A stretch of DNA of 64,000 nucleotides from the human T2T-CHM13v2.0 reference genome, Homo sapiens: assembly GCF_009914755.1 (NCBI RefSeq), contig NC_060930.1, one strand, 5' to 3'. The position numbers and the translations under genes were made by a program. This document shows positions 54,089 to 64,000 of this stretch, piece by piece. The notes beneath the pieces are model-generated. The model worked only from the letters and a program-made list of their open reading frames with translations. It did not search any database and was not told the origin of the DNA. Positions within the stretch are counted from its first letter, which is position 1. Each line of letters starts with the position of its first letter.

Positions 54089-56704
54089 TAATGAAACTGA
54101 TTCCCAATTAAAATGCTCAAGCATGTTTTCTCTCAGCACAGACTATTCCCATGTGGTAGGCATGTCATTTCTTTTACAAAGTAGGAAGGATAAAATTCCT
54201 TATTTGCAACATAGGCAATTATTTCAATCCCCCACGATTAAATAATCAGTTTCAGTTCACGTCTACAATTACAGCTTGCTCAATTAACAACAAATCAAAG
54301 CTGAGAAAAAAGAACATGCTGCTGCCCCAACCCCCACTGATTCACAAAGCAACGTGTGGTCTCCTGCAGTGAGTGGGTGCTTTGCAGTCAGGGAATTTCG
54401 CAGAGTGGCACAAACTGTCATTTCTAAGCAACCAGCCATGGAAAGGCAGGACAGCTAATTACCAGGAAACACCTCAGGCCCATTTTCCATTTCAGCTTCT
54501 ACAAATTATAGTTTAAGCATCCATTCTACATAGAGGACAATAAGAACAACTGAATAGCCTATAACTAAAGGGCTGCACGTGAACAGCAATTTGTATTCCA
54601 GAAAAATGTGGTCACTGAGAATGATTCCTGATATTTTACTGCAGATTAAAGGTTTACAAAAATCTTTCACGTTCTTCGTTTGGTTCTCAAAACTCTGCAA
54701 GGCGGAAATATCACTGCTAGTTTACAGACAGGGAATGGAAGCCCAGAAGGGCCAGGGGACTTGCTGAAGGTCACTCAGAGCCTGCCCTTGAAGGCCACGC
54801 TCAAGTCCAAGGTCAGCGCCCTTCCCACTGCACTGGGCTGTCATCCAATCAACTGCTGACGAGATTGACAGCCACCTTCAGAATGACTGGCGTGTCATCA
54901 GATGTTTATCATCTTTAGCATGAAAAGACAAAATGGGAATCAGATTTCCTCAGCTTTATTGGTGATGAATTCATGAAGTTTTAATAAATAACATTCATGC
55001 AACCACTTATAAAGCACTTATATGCAGTCTTAAAAACACAATCTAAATGTGCATTAATTCACTGGCAAAATTCATCCAAAATACTAGTTTTAAATAATTC
55101 CTATTGATTTAACTCTCAGAAAATGATGAAAAGTTGAAAACAGGAACGATGAAAGTGGATGAGTAACTGTCTTCATCTAGAAGCCTTTCCAGAGCAAATT
55201 ACCTGATAACTTCCTATATCCTATAAGGTAGAAAAAGGAGATTATTTTAAACTAATTGAAATGTAACCTGAATTCCAGGTGACTTAGTTTCTATAAAACA
55301 GGGGTAATTCTGCAGGTGAGATGAGGTGTGCTGAGCCCTTCCACATGAATGAAAACAGTTCCTGGCTCACAATAAACAGTAAATGTCAGCCATCATTATT
55401 CCTGGAGCAAGCTTAACTCAACAGATGTTGGAAATAGATTGATATTCATGGAGCTCACAGCATTCACTCACACTTCATTTGGACTGGACCTTTTTTTTTT
55501 AAGCATCAGAACGGTCAGTCACCAATGCGAAGTGACTCAGCGTGTTGCCCTCTGTGCTGAGAGACACCCTGACTCACCCACCAAGAGCAGATGCAGCCAG
55601 GAGCGGATGTCCCAGGCTCACCCACCCACTGTCACCCAGCCCGCTCGGCCACAACAGGCAGCCAGTCCTCGGGGCTGGTTATGCCCAAAGACACATTCCA
55701 CAGCAGTGCTGTGACACCTTCCCCTGCCCAAGGAGCAGAGGTGGAGAAGCCAGAGGCCAACCCCCATGGAGTTAGTCAGGTGACTTGAGTGATAGGCACA
55801 GGACTGGGTGACACAGCCCAGACAGGAGCTCCTCCCTAGCTGATATTTTGTATTTAGGAGCACTCAAAAATATAAATATTAATTTGTGTGTGAGATTTAT
55901 CTTTTTCATTTAGAACCAGTTTTTTAAGTGTGTAATTCAACTATCAACCTGAAAATTTAAAGTAAGTCATCTTGCCTTTATCAGAGCCCAAAAATAAATG
56001 CATACTGTGCCCACACTGTTTTGATTAAATGCTCAAGACCCAGCTCACTGAAGGCCTTTGCATGTTTGCTGATTTATTTTAAGCCATTTAGCTAAAATCT
56101 GACAGACTCTATCATGGAACATTGTAACAACTGGAAAAATTCTCTTTCACATAACTCAGTTACCATAAACTCATCATCTGAAGTACACTGTGAAGTGACA
56201 TATAATTTTTTTTCCTATCTTCTTCCATTCCAACTTATCATGGCCATTATTTTGAAATAATTTTCTAGAACACAGGCTGTGCAGAACAGGTGACTGAGAC
56301 CTGAACCATTCACCACCCGAATTTTCAAGGGTGATTCAACGCACAGACTGAGGGTCCATGAATCCTAAGGCCACTTCACTGCCACACCGATGAACCAGAA
56401 AGGGGGACATCACTTCCATTTCATTTTGTTTTCAAAAGCTTTCTTCTAAACTTAACTTTTAATTTTCCTGAAAATTATACACAAAAATATTTCTAGGTTA
56501 ATCTTCCCACCTAAAATTTGATGGGTTGTAATCTGAATTATAAATTGCAATATTGAAGTGGGATAGAGAAAATAATTACCTTCAGTTAATATAATGTTAA
56601 TACAAGGAATTTAACTTTATGTTCTTAAAAAAGCCAGGATTTTAAAAGCTATCTTGAATTCAACATGGCGTTTATGCCCTAGGCTTAGCTTCTGCTGAAC
56701 TTAA

Positions 56705-57118
<414 letters not shown>

Positions 57119-57240
57119 TAATGTATTTGAAGACAGGAGCACAATTTCCTTAAGAAATATTCTCTCCTGTCTGATATGGACTAATTCTTAGATATGCAAG
57201 CATTGGACTTTGTTAAGCCTCAGAAGAGAAAATTTGTATC

Positions 57241-57497
57241 TTTATTTTGTTTTTGAGACAGGGTCTCACCCTGTCACCTAGGCTAGTTATCACCCCAGCT
57301 GATCACAGCTCATTGCAACCTTGATCTCCCGGGACCACAGCCGCACAATACCACATCTAGCTGACCTTTTAAATTTTTGGTAGAGGTGGCATTTTGTCAT
57401 GTTACCAGGCTGGTCTCAAACTCCTCAGCTCAAGCAATCCACCCGCCTCAGCCTCCCAAAGTGCTAGGATTACAGGCACGAGCCATTGTGACTGGCC
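57241..57497 (-). mobile_element. AluJ, diverged and partly deleted
   Basis: Alu motifs ctcaagcaatccacccgcctcagcctcccaaagtgc. Confidence 0.85.
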
Positions 57498-57774
57498 GAG
57501 AAAAGTTTTAAAGCAAAGTAATAAATACCATACAGGTTAGAAAACAGGCTTATATGGTAAATTCCACTTGCTTTCAATTTTTTATACATTGGAGAAAGGC
57601 ACCAAAAATGCCGTAACAGAATCATATCTCATAAAAGGTTGTTCAAACTGCTCAGCCCCAGAAGACAGATTCTGTTATCTTGCTTCCCACACAGTTTCCA
57701 CTTCTAGCGATTCATCACGCTCCCCACACCCGCTCAGACAGTAATCAAGACAGCAATCAGAGGCTGGGACTTAC

Positions 57775-57845
57775 CAGAAGCGGCTGCGATTGGGAAACGA
57801 GTGAATTACGTCAGGCCAGTATGCCCTCATTTCTGGCAAAAGATC
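57775..57845 (-). CDS. RNASET2: Ribonuclease T2, exon 5 (71 nt)
   Basis: DLLPEMRAYWPDVIHSFPNRSRF(W). Acceptor catag, donor GTAAGT. Confidence 0.98.
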
Positions 57846-58071
57846 CTATGCATTAAAAAATAAAATAAGTCTACGCAGGTTCTTAATAATAAACTCAAAA
57901 CCTAGAAGGTAAATTTGATAAACTGACACCAAAGAATTGAGCTCTGCTAATTAACAATACTTTGGTGAATAAAATAATCCTATGCTTATTTTGTATGAAG
58001 TGTTTGTTAAGATATATCTACAAGTGCAATTTGAGTAATCATAAAACTGCACACGAAAATACAAGCTGTTA

Positions 58072-58592
58072 TAGGTGAAGGGATAAAGTGTACATCCAAA
58101 CAATGGAATATTTTCAGCAACAAAAACCAATGAGCCGTCGAGTCATGAAAAGACACTGGAGGAACTGCAAACATACATTGCTAAGTGCAAGAAGCCAGTC
58201 TGCAGAGGCTACATACTGTATGATTCCAACGACGTGACAATTTGGAAAAGGTAGTCTTAAGAGACAGGAATGAGATTCGCGGTTGCTTGGGGGTTCAAGG
58301 GGAGGAAGAAGGGGAGGTATGGCTCAGGGGGTTTAGGGCCAGCGGCTGCTCCAGAGCACACTGGGTGGGACTTGCTCTCCTGCATTTGTCCAAAGCCGCA
58401 CAACACAGGAGTAAACCCTAATGTTAATGCTAAACTTTATTTAATAATAAAGTATCAGTATCAGTTCATTAATTGTAACAAATGTAACACACTATAGAAG
58501 ATGTTAATGATTGGGAGAGTTGAGGGGGAAGGGAGTGAACTGTCTGTAATCTCCATCCAATTTTTCTGTAAACCTATAACTGTTCTAAAAAC
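58072..58592 (+). mobile_element. L1MC-type 3' end fragment (antisense to RNASET2)
   Basis: caaacaatggaatatt..., aggctacatactgtatgattcc, gtaaaccctaatgt, aattgtaacaaatgta, tttttctgtaaaccta..actgttctaaaa motifs. Confidence 0.8.
58461..58565 (-). CDS. RNASET2: Alternative terminal exon of RNASET2 (truncated isoform C-terminus KNWMEITDSSLPSPSTLPIINIFYSVLHLLQLMN*)
   Basis: tacag| acceptor at 58566-67, in frame with the phase-0 end of exon 4, TGA at 58461-63, AATAAA at 58436-58441. The peptide matches my memory of the short RNASET2 isoform 2. Confidence 0.7.
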   Translation of the reverse strand, partial: KNWMEITDSSLPSPSTLPIINIFYSVLHLLQLMN

Positions 58593-58595
58593 ATT

Positions 58596-59033
<438 letters not shown>

Positions 59034-59624
59034 CTACACCAAAAAAACCCCAAAAAGGTCAGTAAAAAGGTGCTTAACAAACTTCGGATAACTTCACTTT
59101 CCTTCCCTTTCTCCTGTTTTCCAGCACCCTATATGAGGGTCCTTTTCTCAGCCCATTTGTAACTCAGCCCCTACCCCACAGCCCCTGCCTGTGTGGGCGC
59201 AGCTCTGTCCCCCTCCTCTTCCCCTCCAGCCCCCCACCCCACCTCTCCTGCCCCACCATGCTGGCTTCAGCCCCATCAGCTCTCCGAGATGTCCTAGGGC
59301 ACGATATGATTGAGTGTGCAAATTGGGCTACTTCCGTTTGGGACAATGCAAAGGTGTTCCTACTGCTACACAACAAGGAAGCCAGGACTACTCTGAGGAG
59401 CAGCGGCTCACACCACCACAGACCCACGACCCACCCACGCCCCCACTCAAAAAGCATTTCAGCTTTCCTGTCCTGGACCCCCCGGGGATATGCAGTCCTA
59501 CGGTGCCTCTTCTCAAATCTCTCCACTCCTGGGTTTCCGCCTTTCCCAGCTGCAGGCACACATGCCCCTTTCCACCTGGCTGTTAACACGGGGCTCCACC
59601 AGCACTGTCCCCTCTGCCCACCAG

Positions 59625-59975
59625 GCCCACACCTGTCAGCGCTGTCCCCTTAGCCCACCCACATCCGTCAGCCCTGCCCCCTCACCCACCCACGTCCACA
59701 CCTGTCAGCCCTGCCCTCACCCACCCACGTCCACACCTGTCAGCCCTGCCCTCACCCACCCACGTCCACACCTGTCAGCCCTGCCCTCACCCACCCACGT
59801 CCACATCTGTCAGCCCTGCCCTCACCCACCCACGTCCACACCTGTCAGCCCTGCCCTCACCCATCCACGTCCACACCTGTCAGCCCTGCCCCCTCATCCA
59901 CCCACGTCCACACCTGTCGGCCCTGACTCCTCACCCATCCATGTCCACAGACCCATGTCCATCCCCACACCTGTC
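59625..59975. repeat. 35-bp VNTR (CCTGTCAGCCCTGCCCTCACCCACCCACGTCCACA), ~9-10 copies with degenerate ends
   Basis: Unit starts at 59701, 59736, 59771, 59806, 59841, 59876. Confidence 0.95.
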
Positions 59976-60210
59976 ATTTTGATTCACCATCCTCATGCTA
60001 ACTATGCCTAAAGCCACCTTTCCTCTGACCCTGAAGATCCTCTATGTCACCCCCTGGAGGTCTCAAGGGCACTTCAAACTCAATGTATCCTGAAGTGGCC
60101 TCTTCATCACGCCTCCCCAGAAACCATTCCCTGCAGTGAGTCCCGGAGGAGAGGAGGAGAGTCTGTGTGAGGAGCTAGAGACAGCACCAGGCTCTGGGGT
60201 GTCCCTTCTA

Positions 60211-60642
<432 letters not shown>

Positions 60643-61437
60643 CTAATGACCTTGGGGAATGTACCATTCCTAGGAAAGACCCACAACTCCCGCAAGCCTT
60701 CAATGCTACCACACGTTTTAAAGAAGGCCTCAGTTACCACCCCCTCCCTGGGGTCCAGGTCCAGTTACCCTGGTATATACTGGTTACACACAGGAACTGT
60801 TGGCACCCCTAAGGAAAGATGAGGGCGTGTGTGTGAGTGAAGACTCCGTATGACATATAAGGTACGGGTATCTCAAAGGAACGCCTCTGCTAGTATCTCT
60901 AATAAATTCCCGCCCTGTGAGTTTTCTTTAATCAAGCTCTTGTACTGGAAAGGCCCAGCATGTCCACCTGCTCAGAAACCCATCCACCAGATAGGACGGC
61001 CCCAGGCCTGTGCTCTCTGAGCCTCAGCTGTCTGGAGATGCCTGGCGATATGGCACACCGACCAGATTCCCACGTCGGTCATCTGACCCAGAAGTCCTGG
61101 GGCCTGGGACGAGGCGGGGCTGGCGGGCGAGCGTCAGGATCTGCACAGGTCTGGCATGGGGGAGTGTCAGGGCTTGCTCCGGTCGGAGCCCCTCGCTCAG
61201 GCCCCTCATGCAGTGGCTTGGGCACAGGGCAGGGGAGGGGAGGAGAGGGAAAAGGTCAATTGGTGTAATTTGTGGGGTCGAGATAACAATACTTACTAAA
61301 ACAGCAGCAAGGGCTCAATCCTGGTGAATACATTCATGACCCCTTAATTTTAAAGATGACTTTGAAGGTACGCTTGTGAAGAAAAGAGTTAATCTAGGTC
61401 AACACTCTGCAGTAGAAATATAATTAAAAGTCAATAC

Positions 61438-61495
61438 CTTAATCTCTTCTAAATTGAAGGGCCACGATCTATTACATCCTTCACTTTTATCGGGC
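61438..61495 (-). CDS. RNASET2: Ribonuclease T2, exon 4 (58 nt)
   Basis: (W)PDKSEGCNRSWPFNLEEIK. Acceptor ttccag, donor GTATTG. Confidence 0.98.
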
Positions 61496-62722
61496 CTGGA
61501 AATTCAAATTTAAAAGAGAAAATAAGAAATATTAGGCTTGGTTGGGGTGGCTTCTACATGACCTTAGAAAACACTTTCATTGAAGTCTGCAAAGAATAAA
61601 AAGAGAAATTCTAATTGGGAATTCCTTATCCCAGGCAGGATGCTTAAGAAAGAAGATGCAGGTAAGAGGAGTCAGAGTTCAAATTTCTTTAGAAGGGAAA
61701 AGAAATTGTGTTAAACCGTCCAGGAGTAATGCAGACAGGCCACTGCTTAGTAAAGGAAGTGCAATGGATAGCCTAGTAGCACCGAGGAGCGGGGACTCTG
61801 GGGTCAGCCCCGGCTGGGTTGACGGCAACCTCTGCTGCTCCCTAGCACCGAGACCTAAGTAAGCTGACCCCCGGCCAATCTCCGCACCACAGATCCAGCA
61901 TGAGAACAGCGAGAGTCTGTTCCTTTCAATGGTGAGGAGGACTCCAGGAGATGACAGATAAAACATGTCAGAAAGTGCCTGGCGTATGGCAGAAGATCAG
62001 CTAGTAGGATTTTCATTTCATTTTCAGTAGCAAACGCACTTACACTGTCTAGAACTTTAACTCCATCCTCACACATCTAATTCTGGACTTATCAACTCTG
62101 ACTCTTGAGTGCTGCTTACTCCACAAGGTCACTAACTTCCTAAGACCCCGACCCCTCAGAGCCCCAAAGAGGCCAGGGAGGAGAGTGTCTTCAGGGTCAA
62201 CAGCTGGACCAGCATGTGAAACCTGCCTGATTCTATCCGCTGGACTGGACAGCATTGCAAAGCTTCATTCCAGCCTCAGAAATGAAACGGCCATGATGGG
62301 CAGAGGTACATTCAGAGCACTTGGTCACAGCAGGGGAGAGGACACCACGCAAAGTCTAGCAAAGCCAGGAGCCCCAGAGACAGGAGGTCAAGGTTATCTG
62401 ACCAGACAGAGAAGAAAGTGAAACCCGAAGCCAAGTACCTACATCCCAGTTTAACTTGTTTTCCACCAATCCCTCTTCCTAAGGAGCCAGGAGGCACCAA
62501 TTAAGCTAAAAGGGCCCTTTTCAATCCCGGCATCGAGGCAGTGGGACAAAACGGGTCCTTCAGATGGGGCGATTGATGTGCACAGTTCAGCGTCACAAGT
62601 ATGTCCATGTTACATAGAAAAGAATTAACTGAACAAAACGCAGACAAAACCAGAATAATAAATTTGAGTGTCTCTGAAATGTGTACGAGACGTGCATTTA
62701 TGTATTTTCATGTAGTTATTTA

Positions 62723-63121
<399 letters not shown>

Positions 63122-63654
63122 TTATTGTTCTATGAAGACAGAATTAAAGAACAAGAGAATCAGGGTTCTGCTAGAAAGACTAAAGATATTTTTAAATAAG
63201 AATCTAGTCTATTGGATAAACTCCTAAAAATAAAAAACAAGAATAAATATTAAGACCACATTCAAGCTAGGGTTCCCAGTCAGCAAGCCTCTTCTGCCTA
63301 AGATTTAATTGTGTGAGACACTTGCCATAGTCCATGTATTGTCCAGTAATCCGGAGGGTCTCTACAGTCGTTTTGAATTTTCTAGGGAGAAAATATAACA
63401 AGAAAATGATTGGCTCTTTGTTTATTCAAATACACTTAGGAACCCTATTAAAATACATTTAGCAGCTAGTTGCAACATATGCCAACGAGATACAGGTACT
63501 GCACTAATAACACAAGCTAAAGCCAGGGCTACTTCACAATACATTGCTTACAACAACACATCCATGAGGAAGCTACACTAGGGCTGGATGTTCTAAGCCA
63601 AACGTCAAACAACTGACTTAACAGAAACAGCCATTTTTGTTAAGCCATTCCTCA

Positions 63655-64000
<346 letters not shown>

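Overview
Human/hominoid genomic DNA, recognisable as chr6q27. The right third carries exons 4-9 of RNASET2 (ribonuclease T2) on the minus strand, all with GT-AG boundaries and an intact frame to the stop at 44335. Exons 1-3 lie beyond the window. The left part is a dense mobile-element zone: a decayed near-full-length L1PA5-like LINE-1 (1-5770); a HERV-W (LTR17) processed pseudogene with R-U5...U3-R-polyA structure (5855-13008); a ~3.9 kb CpG-rich ~30-bp minisatellite that grew out of an MLT1 LTR and is split by a perfect 29-bp-arm hairpin (13450-17315); several smaller VNTRs; and an old ERV1 provirus (28782-36820) with a nested HERV-K-type solo LTR and an Alu. About 18 Alus and old DNA-transposon/MaLR fragments are scattered through the window. 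The most interesting signals are: an L1MC-derived alternative terminal exon in RNASET2 intron 4 (in-frame, own stop and AATAAA, removes the CAS II catalytic block), a G-quadruplex VNTR upstream of it, a weak proximal poly(A) site with inverted Alus downstream, the structured minisatellite/hairpin, and a VNTR that multiplies a minus-strand splice donor. I see no evidence for a wholly new protein-coding system. Repeat subfamily names and locus annotations are from memory, not from a search.
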